From IMG/VR virus record IMGVR_UViG_3300025450_000013: 64,000 bases of DNA; one strand, 5' to 3'. Shown here one piece after another: positions 16,211-24,680 of the stretch (within the stretch, counting starts at the first letter, position 1; every line of letters begins with the position of its first letter). The position numbers were made by a program, and so were the translations under genes. The notes beneath the pieces were generated by a model. It worked only from the letters and a program-made list of their open reading frames with translations, did no database searches and was not told where the DNA came from. Source of the DNA: a virus.

Positions 16211-17470
16211 TTATCTTCCCACCTGTGTTAGGTATTTGGCCTTTGTCTCTTCCCAATCCATATAGATTAGGTCATCATAGAAAAGAGTTTCCTTAGAAAC
16301 ACGGTCTTGCTCAATCAAGGACTTGATCCGTTTTCCTGCATACTTGTCTTTCCATAGATTTACCAGAGCATCATAACTGGAATCAAACGCCTTGGCAAGT
16401 TTATCTTCGGTGATTTCCTTACGAAGAAACTCGTTGGTGTTGTTATACAAAGGACTAAAATAGATACCACGGGCATGTTCAGAACGGATAAGTTCTTTAG
16501 GAATATTCAGTTGAGAATATATAAATGTGTAAGAACGGTTTTTGTGGTCTCTTTTATAAGGCAAACCATCAAGGTTCTTAGCTACATACCACTCAAAGTA
16601 TTTGCGGGTATGGTTTTTCTTCAACCAATCTAGCATTAGTTTTACAGTAGGTTTTCTTGCTTCATAAGAGACAGAGCCTGATGTGAAGCCCATTTTCTTC
16701 CAATGTTGTAGGCGATCATATTGCGATAACTGGTTAGTTTTAGACTTACCGTATAATGATGTAGTAGTGACGCCAATGAGTGTATCACCATATTGTTTTT
16801 TCCAATCCTGTTGTACCTTATCACAAAGACAAAGTAATGCTAAAAGTTTACCACCTGTGTAGTTATAACCAAGTGGTTGTAGAGGCACAATGGTAGAACC
16901 AATGGCCGTATGATTGATCATACCTTGACTTGTCTTAACATCACGGGACCATCCAATATGGTTATCTCGTGGAGTCAAGTCTAAGAAGTCAGAAGAGATA
17001 CAAATTACCCCTAGGTACTTTCCGGTAACATCATCTTGAACAATATAATTCATGTTCCTTCCGATGTTGTTATTATTCTTCATGGTAGAAGTAAAGTTGC
17101 GAATGGTGTTCCATTTACTAGCAAGATCACCACCATTAGAATAGATTAGTCTAGGTTGCAATTTCTCATAGTCTATTGGATCGTTTGGTATCCAAATATT
17201 ATCTTTAATAGATTGAATATACTTTTTATCCTTTTCATCAATATCATCATCATATAATCCACCTGGTATGATAGGATATTTGATATGGATTTCTAACCAC
17301 TTTTGATAGAGTGTGTATTCCTCTACAGTCATAGCGGATACATTTGTGAGGTCCTCAATGACGACCTTTTTTAGTTGTTCATCATTAAGGGCCTCAGGTG
17401 TTTCAAATGTAGAGTTAAATGCATCCCATTGCTTTTCAACATTTTTTAGTTCTTCATCACTTTTTGCCAT
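16211..17470 (-). CDS. DUF4338/DruA-like protein, probable Mom-related GNAT fold
   Basis: IGRNMNYIV, LGVICISS, PRDNHIGW, PLGYNYTGGKLLALL, GVTTTSLYG, SQY, WKKMGFTSG. Confidence 0.7.
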   Translation of the reverse strand: MAKSDEELKNVEKQWDAFNSTFETPEALNDEQLKKVVIEDLTNVSAMTVEEYTLYQKWLEIHIKYPIIPGGLYDDDIDEKDKKYIQSIKDNIWIPNDPIDYEKLQPRLIYSNGGDLASKWNTIRNFTSTMKNNNNIGRNMNYIVQDDVTGKYLGVICISSDFLDLTPRDNHIGWSRDVKTSQGMINHTAIGSTIVPLQPLGYNYTGGKLLALLCLCDKVQQDWKKQYGDTLIGVTTTSLYGKSKTNQLSQYDRLQHWKKMGFTSGSVSYEARKPTVKLMLDWLKKNHTRKYFEWYVAKNLDGLPYKRDHKNRSYTFIYSQLNIPKELIRSEHARGIYFSPLYNNTNEFLRKEITEDKLAKAFDSSYDALVNLWKDKYAGKRIKSLIEQDRVSKETLFYDDLIYMDWEETKAKYLTQVGR

Positions 17471-17479
17471 AATAATCCT

Positions 17480-17656
17480 TTATTTCCAACGGTCTTTAAG
17501 TTCTTTCACACGGTCACGAAGGTATTCTTCAATTATAGGTGTTATATTATCATTTTTCTTGCGTAATGGCAAGGTCAATAGTTCACTTTGTAATGCTGTA
17601 ATAAGTATGTAATCTTGGGAATAACTATGATTTTTATGAGGATCAGTTTTTGCCAT
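17480..17656 (-). CDS. Hypothetical 58-aa protein (not in ORF track)
   Basis: MAKTDPHKN...EEYLRDRVKELKDRWK with GGAG SD; fills the gap upstream of the DUF4338 gene. Confidence 0.6.
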   Translation of the reverse strand: MAKTDPHKNHSYSQDYILITALQSELLTLPLRKKNDNITPIIEEYLRDRVKELKDRWK

Positions 17657-17753
17657 ATTGTTTGCTCCAGAGATAGCTGTTTAGTTTTGAGACAGAATGT
17701 GCTACTCTGTCCATAAACCAACTATTCCAGAACCAGTGATTATAACGTTTCAT
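17643..17753 (-). CDS. Hypothetical 36-aa Trp-rich peptide (not in ORF track)
   Basis: MKRYNHWFWNSWFMDRVAHSVSKLNSYLWSKQYGKN; ATGA overlap with the upstream stop. Confidence 0.5.
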   Translation of the reverse strand: MKRYNHWFWNSWFMDRVAHSVSKLNSYLWSKQYGKN

Positions 17754-17986
17754 TTTAGAACTCCATTGTTGATTAGGCCGGCAAGGTAAATCACAGTGAT
17801 TACTAACTCAATAGTAATCAACGACCATTTACGCCACGATAAGGCGACCACCAACCACCCTAGATTACCTATCAGTGATAGATAAACATTCATAGGATAT
17901 ACATTGTAAGATGTGAGTGCTGCACCTGCTAATAGCAAAAAGGTTGACAACCACTCAAAGCAAAACTCTACTTTTTTAGGAAACAT
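17750..17986 (-). CDS. Small three-helix membrane protein (half-PnuC-like)
   Basis: EWLST, YPMNVYLSLIGNLGWLVV, WSL; three hydrophobic segments. Confidence 0.6.
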   Translation of the reverse strand: MFPKKVEFCFEWLSTFLLLAGAALTSYNVYPMNVYLSLIGNLGWLVVALSWRKWSLITIELVITVIYLAGLINNGVLK

Positions 17987-18074
17987 TGTTCCAACCCATT
18001 TGTGATAGTCCTTCCCATAAATTATCTACATTATAGGTTACATAGCCAAAAGGTGTATCAACAACCATTATCAT
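17976..18074 (-). CDS. Hypothetical 32-aa peptide (not in ORF track)
   Basis: MIMVVDTPFGYVTYNVDNLWEGLSQMGWNNVS with AAGGAG SD; overlaps both neighbours. Confidence 0.4.
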   Translation of the reverse strand: MIMVVDTPFGYVTYNVDNLWEGLSQMGWNNVS

Positions 18075-18369
18075 TATCCATCTCCTTACGGAAGTCAAAG
18101 TCATCGGTCAATAAACCATCTTCTATTTCTTGAGAAATTTCATCTAACTTTTCTGCTAATATTCTCAAGGACTCAGAAGCAATAGCATCAACAAGGATTG
18201 AGTTTACGGTCTGGCCTTGAACAAGACCAAGTTCTTCCATAATAGTAGAAGCAACAGCCAACCTTTCCATTTGACCAGAAGGTGATGGTGCCCATACAAA
18301 TGGAATAAGCCCTGCGTCCATCATACGTTCGGACTCGGCCATCTTCCGTAAAGTTTCTTTGTCTAGCAT
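18058..18369 (-). CDS. Hypothetical acidic protein
   Basis: 103-aa ORF with AGGA SD downstream of gp46. Confidence 0.6.
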   Translation of the reverse strand: MLDKETLRKMAESERMMDAGLIPFVWAPSPSGQMERLAVASTIMEELGLVQGQTVNSILVDAIASESLRILAEKLDEISQEIEDGLLTDDFDFRKEMDNDNGC

Positions 18370-18386
18370 GATTGTATCCTACCAGA

Positions 18387-20108
18387 TTATTGTTCTTTTG
18401 TCAAGACCGAAAAGTTTTTTACCTTTTCAAACTTTACCGTTCTTTGGAAACGGTCAATCATGGCATCTTTATGTGATATAACAAAGATATTAGAACCACT
18501 GTCACCCATGTCCCACATGATCTTGATAAACTCATCCGTTCCACTAGCATCCATAGCACGGTCAAGGATCTCATCGAACACAAGTATATTCACATTAACG
18601 GAGTTTTTCATCTTGGCAATCTGTCTCCATGTAAGGAGAATAGCCAAGTCTATTCGTAACTTTTCTCCTTCGGAAAAGTTGTGGTATGAGAACTCGTCTC
18701 GGTATCTTGACTTGATTGATTCCTCGAATGACTCATTAATATTAAAGTTGACAAAAAAGCCAAGTTTAGCGAGGTACTTATTGATATGTTTATTAATGAT
18801 AGGTAGATACTGTTTAATGATTTTTGTCTTGATTCCACCATCTTTAAGTAGAGTAGTGGCCAAGTCCACATATTGGCGTTCATCTAGAAGGGCCTTCTTT
18901 TCTTCTTCGAGGGAGGAAATATCATGTTGGACTTGAATGAGTTGTCGTTCCGACTCTTGGGTAGTTGTGTCAGATAATGCGAACGTTTCAATCTGTGCCA
19001 CAATTTGAGACAGATTATTAGAAATATGGTTATAGGAAGACCTACTAGATGTAAGATCCATCTTAACTCCATTAAGACGCTTGAGAACCTCATCAATCTT
19101 CTCTATTTCTTCCAGGACGGCAGTAATCTGTTCGTCAGCCTTATTTATACCCTGAGATATTTCATCAATCTTAGCATTACTATCTTTGATGTTCTTTTCT
19201 TTATGGTCGGCAGCAATGTCCTGCTTACAGGTAGGACAACTATCATTATCGTGATAGAACGACACCTCTTTCATCAATCTTTCTGAATTGCCTTCCATCT
19301 TGGCCTTGAAACCGACTAACTTACCATACTTTGTCCTTAATGCCGAGGTATCAATACCTTGTTCGAGGAGTTCATCTCTTTGCTTCTCTAGGTCGGAAAT
19401 AGTCGTTTTCTCGGAAACTAAACTATCTTTTAGTTCCTGTTCTTTCTCTCGTAAAAGAGCAAGTTTAGTTTCATTATTCGACTTTAAGGACTCTAAAGTC
19501 TGCTCAATGTAAGTTTTATTTTCATTTTTACTGGTTAAAGTAATCCTATTCTTCTCTAGTCCTTCACGGTTGATCTGTAGTCGGTTCTTAACCACATTAG
19601 ACATAGCAGAAAAGATTTGAATATCTAGAAGGTCCTCAATCACCGTTCTACGGTCACCAGGTGACAACTGCATGAAAGGAACAAATGATGCCGAACCAAG
19701 AATAACAACTTGTGTAAAAGACTTAAAGTTCATCTTTAGAATGTGCTTTTCTAGATGCTCTTGATAGTCCTTGGCCGCTGCATCCTGGTTGACCATTTTA
19801 CCTTCACAATAAATCTCGAAGATATTTGGCTTCGCACCACGAATAATCTTGTACCGTTTGTTTGAAATAGAAAACTCAATCTCCACCTCACAGTTCTTAC
19901 CATTGATAGAATTTACCACATTACCTTTGTTAACCTTACGAAAAGGTTTACCAAACAACACAAAGGTCAAGGCATCCAGAAATGTGGATTTACCTGATCC
20001 ATTATGTCCCATGATTAAGGTGTTCTTATGTGTATCTAACTCCAACTCGGTCCAGTTGTTACCGGTTGCAAGAAAGTTTTTATAGCGAATTGTATGGAAT
20101 GTTATCAT
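18387..20108 (-). CDS. gp46: Recombination endonuclease ATPase subunit (Rad50/SbcC-like)
   Basis: YKNFLATGN, GHNGSGKST, zinc hook CPTC, FSEGEKLRID, VFDEILD, VISH. Confidence 0.97.
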   Translation of the reverse strand: MITFHTIRYKNFLATGNNWTELELDTHKNTLIMGHNGSGKSTFLDALTFVLFGKPFRKVNKGNVVNSINGKNCEVEIEFSISNKRYKIIRGAKPNIFEIYCEGKMVNQDAAAKDYQEHLEKHILKMNFKSFTQVVILGSASFVPFMQLSPGDRRTVIEDLLDIQIFSAMSNVVKNRLQINREGLEKNRITLTSKNENKTYIEQTLESLKSNNETKLALLREKEQELKDSLVSEKTTISDLEKQRDELLEQGIDTSALRTKYGKLVGFKAKMEGNSERLMKEVSFYHDNDSCPTCKQDIAADHKEKNIKDSNAKIDEISQGINKADEQITAVLEEIEKIDEVLKRLNGVKMDLTSSRSSYNHISNNLSQIVAQIETFALSDTTTQESERQLIQVQHDISSLEEEKKALLDERQYVDLATTLLKDGGIKTKIIKQYLPIINKHINKYLAKLGFFVNFNINESFEESIKSRYRDEFSYHNFSEGEKLRIDLAILLTWRQIAKMKNSVNVNILVFDEILDRAMDASGTDEFIKIMWDMGDSGSNIFVISHKDAMIDRFQRTVKFEKVKNFSVLTKEQ

Positions 20109-20754
20109 ATTCACGTATTCTCTTGACAGGATTTAATATTTCAGACTCCAATTTTTTGACGAAAAATACCTGTACCAATCTAGTTTCATCACCCATATAG
20201 TAGTTACTTGGTGAATGTGGTATGTTTCCATCAAAACATATTAAACGGTTATACACGTTAGATATACGGACAGTTTCTTCAAAACATGAATTATTTTTAA
20301 TGATGTTTTGATCAAAGTCACAATCTTCACCTTTGGAATAAAACTTTTTCATATATGTACCATCTATGTCTTGTTTTTCTTTTATCTGTCTATAAATTGT
20401 TGTTCCTAAATTTCTATCAAAACCAGGTGTCAAATATACAACACCGGCCATTAGACATCCATCTTCATGTATCCATCCCATATTCTTAGGTGATAAAGGA
20501 TCAGGATCTAGAGTGTTTACCTTCCAAAAGTTTGTCTCTACTCTCCATTCTATATTGCCATAAGGATAATATATCTGAAATATTTTAGAAACAAAACCAG
20601 AAAATAATTCTCTATTTAAATCATATAGAGGTATTGTTCTTTTACCTGGATAGTTACCAGGAGAATCCAAAAAATGCTGTTTTAAGGCAAACTCTCTGAC
20701 CTTATTCGGATCATTATAAAAGTTGTCTATACATGTAGTAGGAAAGTTATTCAT
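20080..20754 (-). CDS. 2OG-Fe(II) oxygenase-like protein (DUF6445-like)
   Basis: IDNFYNDP..VREFAL, YPGKRT, WIHED (HxD), AGVVYLTP, GT, NVYNRL..F, PH, RLVQVFF. Confidence 0.75.
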   Translation of the reverse strand: MNNFPTTCIDNFYNDPNKVREFALKQHFLDSPGNYPGKRTIPLYDLNRELFSGFVSKIFQIYYPYGNIEWRVETNFWKVNTLDPDPLSPKNMGWIHEDGCLMAGVVYLTPGFDRNLGTTIYRQIKEKQDIDGTYMKKFYSKGEDCDFDQNIIKNNSCFEETVRISNVYNRLICFDGNIPHSPSNYYMGDETRLVQVFFVKKLESEILNPVKRIREYDNIPYNSL

Positions 20755-21827
20755 ACCGTTTCTACCTGTAATGCCTCTTGGTAAACGTCTAACATGAATG
20801 ATTTCATTCTAGCAGATTCCACCGGCAAAGTCAACCCATCAATATACTTGGAAAGGATTGTGGAGGTATCTTCTGCTTCATCAACCGAGTCCATATCTTC
20901 ATTCTCAAGCAATACCGAAGGATCTTCTACAACGGTAATATCTAAAGGGCCTGCCTTATAGATGGAGTCAAAGAGAAGATCAAAGGCATAAGGATTAGAC
21001 TTGTTTACTACAATCAACTTTACATAAGTATTCTTATACTTGGAAAAGTCCGTGTTTTGGATTTTTTCTACAATCTCAGGATTGGCCACATCATCATACT
21101 TAGCAAGACGGAACATCTTATAAGGATTCTGTATAAACTCTATTTCTCTAGTGTCAGTATCAAACACAGAGAAACCACGAGGATCGGCATAGTCGTGCCA
21201 GGTATATTCAGCAAAAGCACCGATATAAGATACATTACCAATAGTGGAACGATGATGATAATGCCCAGAGTAAACTTTATCAAACTTATCAAAAGTAACA
21301 CGATCAAGCCCATGGTCTGATATCAAACCTCTATGCATAGTGAAACCGTTTAGTTCTAGGTGACCCATAAGAACCTCGGCCCGTGGTTGACTGATAACAT
21401 CCATAGCCTGTTCACGGTTAGAATCTGTGATCCAAGGCATGATCTGTATATCAAGGCCATCTATATTGATCAACTCAGGAAGTGAATAGGTATGAATGAA
21501 CTGATAACGGTTAACAACCAATTCATCTAGAGCATTTACTTCGTGGGTGTCTTTATAGTAACTATCGTGGTTTCCTTGAATGATATGGGTTTCGATACCA
21601 CGGTCCTCCAAAGGATCGAGGAGGTCTTCTCTACATCTTTTGGCGGAGAGGAAGTTGATGTATTTACGTCGGTCGAAAATGTCTCCAAGGTGTACCACAT
21701 TCCGAATATTATGAGTATCAATATAATCAAAGAACCAGTCGTAACAACGTTTTTGATAATCGTGAAACGCCGGGTTATCATTGCGTATTCCGGCATGTGT
21801 GTCTGTCAAAAGTGCTATCTTCGCCAT
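20751..21827 (-). CDS. gp47: Recombination endonuclease nuclease subunit (Mre11/SbcD-like)
   Basis: TDTH, HLGDIFDRRK, GNHD, GHLE, SGHYH. Confidence 0.97.
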   Translation of the reverse strand: MAKIALLTDTHAGIRNDNPAFHDYQKRCYDWFFDYIDTHNIRNVVHLGDIFDRRKYINFLSAKRCREDLLDPLEDRGIETHIIQGNHDSYYKDTHEVNALDELVVNRYQFIHTYSLPELINIDGLDIQIMPWITDSNREQAMDVISQPRAEVLMGHLELNGFTMHRGLISDHGLDRVTFDKFDKVYSGHYHHRSTIGNVSYIGAFAEYTWHDYADPRGFSVFDTDTREIEFIQNPYKMFRLAKYDDVANPEIVEKIQNTDFSKYKNTYVKLIVVNKSNPYAFDLLFDSIYKAGPLDITVVEDPSVLLENEDMDSVDEAEDTSTILSKYIDGLTLPVESARMKSFMLDVYQEALQVETV

Positions 21828-22329
21828 CTATTCTACATCCTTTGCTTCTATTTTCACTTTTGGTTATAATCTGTAAGTTGTCCTGGTGATGAAAACCACC
21901 TTTGGCAATAGGTATGATATGGTCTACTTCATATTCTATTCCTGTTTCTTCACACATTTGACGACACCTCTGATATATTGTTTTTATAGCATCAAAATCA
22001 GCATCATTAGGTATTTGATTTCTAACTCTCGCCCTTCTACGTCCTTGACGGTCGGCTGACTTCACTTTCGCTTCATCATTTAACCATTGCTGTTGATACT
22101 TATCATAGTTATTCTTTCTCCAATTTTGGAGTTTTTTTTTCTGTTTTTCTTTAGTTCTATAAGGAGCCATAAGTTCGACATTGTTTAATTTTTCACGACC
22201 TTCTTTGATAGAACAAGGAACACATTTATATCCAGATGTATATTTCTCAAAACTACCACAATGCTTACAAGCAACATCGGATATATATTTCTTATCACCT
22301 CTTATTAATGCTTCTTTTCTTTTTCCCAT
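21778..22329 (-). mobile_element. Free-standing HNH homing endonuclease
   Basis: N-terminal CxxC...CxxC; YEVDHIIPIAKGGFHHQDNLQIITKSENRSK; overlaps the gp47 start. Confidence 0.85.
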
Positions 22330-22362
22330 AGTGTGTTCCTTTCTATGATACGCACTCTGGGT

Positions 22363-22369
22363 TATTTAG
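22363..22369 (-). promoter_or_regulatory. Late (gp55-dependent) promoter before the HNH gene
   Basis: CTAAATA, same core as before the structural genes. Confidence 0.55.
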
Positions 22370-22382
22370 TATTTTTAGATTT

Positions 22383-22568
22383 TTAATCCTCTTTAGTAAG
22401 TTCTTTATAAGTATCAACTTCACTCTGCCTTATCCATCCAAGGGTAATCATTCGTTGGAAAACCTTGTCTTTATCTTCTTTACTATGAGGAACCGGTTCT
22501 ACGATTTTATCACAGAACCATTCCATGGATTGTTCTACTTCTCTGATTAGGTCATCAATATCAGTCAT
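22383..22568 (-). CDS. Hypothetical protein
   Basis: 61 aa, ATGA-coupled. Confidence 0.6.
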   Translation of the reverse strand: MTDIDDLIREVEQSMEWFCDKIVEPVPHSKEDKDKVFQRMITLGWIRQSEVDTYKELTKED

Positions 22569-22768
22569 GACGATTTCCTACGTTTAAAAGTATTTGCCGT
22601 TCCCATTTCCGTATCATAGTCATTGATAGCTGTATCAATAGCACGTTTAATGGCATCTAACCGCATACGGTAGTTACCACGAACATGAACTCTTTCTTTC
22701 TTGTCCTTCAAGGCCGACAATAACTGCTGGACCTGGAAAGGTACATCAAACTGGTTCTCTTCCTTCAT
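22565..22768 (-). CDS. Hypothetical protein
   Basis: Short ORF directly after gp55, GGAG SD. Confidence 0.6.
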   Translation of the reverse strand: MKEENQFDVPFQVQQLLSALKDKKERVHVRGNYRMRLDAIKRAIDTAINDYDTEMGTANTFKRRKSS

Positions 22769-23318
22769 CGTCTTCTCCAAAAAACTTATCTAGTCCTTCT
22801 TTGGCCGCTTTACGTTTCTCTTTCTTTTCCGCTTCACGACCTTCAAACTTCTTTATGAACTCGTTTAGGTTATCATACATCGTAGAGGAAATCAAGTGCT
22901 GATCATCATGGTCAATCATCAAAGCGGCATCCGATGTATCTAGGACACTTTCTTGGAATTTTTTGTATATAATGTAACGATTTTTTTCTTCTTTACTAAT
23001 CCTTCTATGGAAGGCATAGTAAATGATTTGAGTAAAGTAAGCAAAAGGATTTGAACCTTTATCAGGATTAAAGTTATCAAAATAAAGAAAGCAATTTTCA
23101 ATAGCATCAGATACCAACTCATCACGGAATGAGTAGTTCATGAAACGAGGTTTATGGGAAAGGTTTTCTGCAATAAGGTATATACATTTACCGATATATT
23201 CAGAAACACGGGGTTTTTCGGTGCCTTGCTCTTTTGAAATTAATACCTGTTTTTTATACTCAACAATTTCAGCAAGAAATCTTTCATTATCAACATAATG
23301 TTTTTTGTTCTTTGACAT
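22746..23318 (-). CDS. gp55: Late-transcription sigma factor
   Basis: HYVDN, YIGKCIYLIAENLS, FMNYSFRDELVSDAIENC, NPFAYFTQIIYYAF.RRI.KE. Confidence 0.97.
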   Translation of the reverse strand: MSKNKKHYVDNERFLAEIVEYKKQVLISKEQGTEKPRVSEYIGKCIYLIAENLSHKPRFMNYSFRDELVSDAIENCFLYFDNFNPDKGSNPFAYFTQIIYYAFHRRISKEEKNRYIIYKKFQESVLDTSDAALMIDHDDQHLISSTMYDNLNEFIKKFEGREAEKKEKRKAAKEGLDKFFGEDDEGREPV

Positions 23319-23342
23319 TTTAACCCCTTTTATTAAAGTATG

Positions 23343-23371
23343 ATTATACTATCAATTTTGTATATTGTCAA
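23343..23371 (-). promoter_or_regulatory. sigma70 promoter for gp55
   Basis: TTGACA-17 nt-TATAAT. Confidence 0.8.
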
Positions 23372-23374
23372 GTA

Positions 23375-24154
23375 TTATTTTCCAAACCCGAAAGGGCACT
23401 TTTTTTCCTGCTCTGACATTTTTTCCTGTATTTTTAGGATTTTTCTCCATCCATAAAAAGATTGATTTGCCCCATTTCTAACAACTTTTACAAACTCTTG
23501 TTTTGATAATAAATGATTTTTAAAGGTAAGTTTTTTTTCTGTAATAGGAACCATATGAACCAATGGAGTACCTATTGTTATCTCAAATTCATATGATAAT
23601 TTAGGAATCATTATATTAACATTAGTAGATGAGTTCATTTTAAAAGATGTTATAGCAGGTAAAACTTTGAATAAATGATTGTGTAAAGACCAATCATCAC
23701 CTACCCACATAAATTTTATTCCTGTTTTCTCGTAAAAGTGCCAAGGTGAATTTAATTTTAAATGATTATGAAATGGAAATCCTGCACCTAATTGTTCTCT
23801 GGCATGATCTTTAGGAGCCGGACCACAAGACCAACAATAGTTCATATCGTCATAATCAACTTTTATAGCAAAATCACACCAACAAGGTAATGATATTCCT
23901 TTTTTATAGAACTCTATAATCGCATAGCAATCTTTTGCTGTTTGTGCATTTCTATTTCTATTTTTATATGCTATTTTACCATCATCGGATGGACCATAAT
24001 CAGGTTTGAAACCAGAAGGTAATTTCCTCCACCAATCAGGAGTTGATCTACTAGTATAGATTATTGGTGTATTATGATAAACTTCTACCTCATCGGTAAA
24101 ACAATCTAAGTGTATTTCAGGAGTTCTATGAAAAAAACTGAACATTTTTATCAC
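23375..24154 (-). CDS. Hypothetical protein (AT-rich accessory gene)
   Basis: 259 aa; PDWWRKLP, HLKLNSPW, GTPLVHMVP, C-terminal KCPFGF. Confidence 0.65.
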   Translation of the reverse strand: MIKMFSFFHRTPEIHLDCFTDEVEVYHNTPIIYTSRSTPDWWRKLPSGFKPDYGPSDDGKIAYKNRNRNAQTAKDCYAIIEFYKKGISLPCWCDFAIKVDYDDMNYCWSCGPAPKDHAREQLGAGFPFHNHLKLNSPWHFYEKTGIKFMWVGDDWSLHNHLFKVLPAITSFKMNSSTNVNIMIPKLSYEFEITIGTPLVHMVPITEKKLTFKNHLLSKQEFVKVVRNGANQSFYGWRKILKIQEKMSEQEKKCPFGFGK

Positions 24155-24172
24155 TTTCTTGCATTTTGGGGC

Positions 24173-24276
24173 TTGACAAGGTTCCTAATATGTGTGTATA
24201 ATGAGCTTTGTTACCACCACCAATATTAACCAGTTGCTCAAGACGAACGAAGTGAGTCCGATGCGAAGCATCGGAC
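24173..24276 (+). other. Antisense sigma70 promoter followed by GAA-triloop DNA hairpins; candidate replication origin
   Basis: TTGACA-18 nt-TATAAT at 24173-24202; GACGAAC-GAA-GTGAGTC at 24242-24258 and GTCCGATGC-GAA-GCATCGGAC at 24256-24276. Confidence 0.5.
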
Positions 24277-24277
24277 A

Positions 24278-24679
24278 CTAATGAAAAACTTTACCATTCT
24301 TTAATGATTGCAATATTTCTTCCATTGTCTCTTCATCAATTTTTTCTTCTTGTATTTCTTCTACCTTTTCACGTTTAGCAGCAAGGTAATGATCTACACT
24401 TTCCCAATAATACTCATTCATATTATCGGTGACATCTTGGTAAAGAAGAACCTCTTCCCTTTTGATATTAAATTCCTGTTGATCACATATACGAGGATAA
24501 ACCCAAGGCATAAATGCTATCTGTAAATATCCTGTAGATGTTGCTGGAACATACATAGCCTTGAGTGGATTGATTACCGTGATATAATCACCAGTATCAT
24601 CACCTGTCTCAAAGGCCTCGGCAATAATATCATCACCGGTCTTTAGACGGATGAATTTGGCGATTGATTGATTTTCCAT
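24278..24679 (-). CDS. Conserved T4-like hypothetical protein downstream of uvsW
   Basis: IRLKTGDDIIA, NPL, FMPW, acidic tail ending KVFH. Confidence 0.65.
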   Translation of the reverse strand: MENQSIAKFIRLKTGDDIIAEAFETGDDTGDYITVINPLKAMYVPATSTGYLQIAFMPWVYPRICDQQEFNIKREEVLLYQDVTDNMNEYYWESVDHYLAAKREKVEEIQEEKIDEETMEEILQSLKNGKVFH

Positions 24680-24680
24680 T

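Noticed and set aside
16211-17470. Complete Druantia anti-phage system
   Set aside because: Only a DruA-like gene is present; no DruE helicase or other partners are in the window
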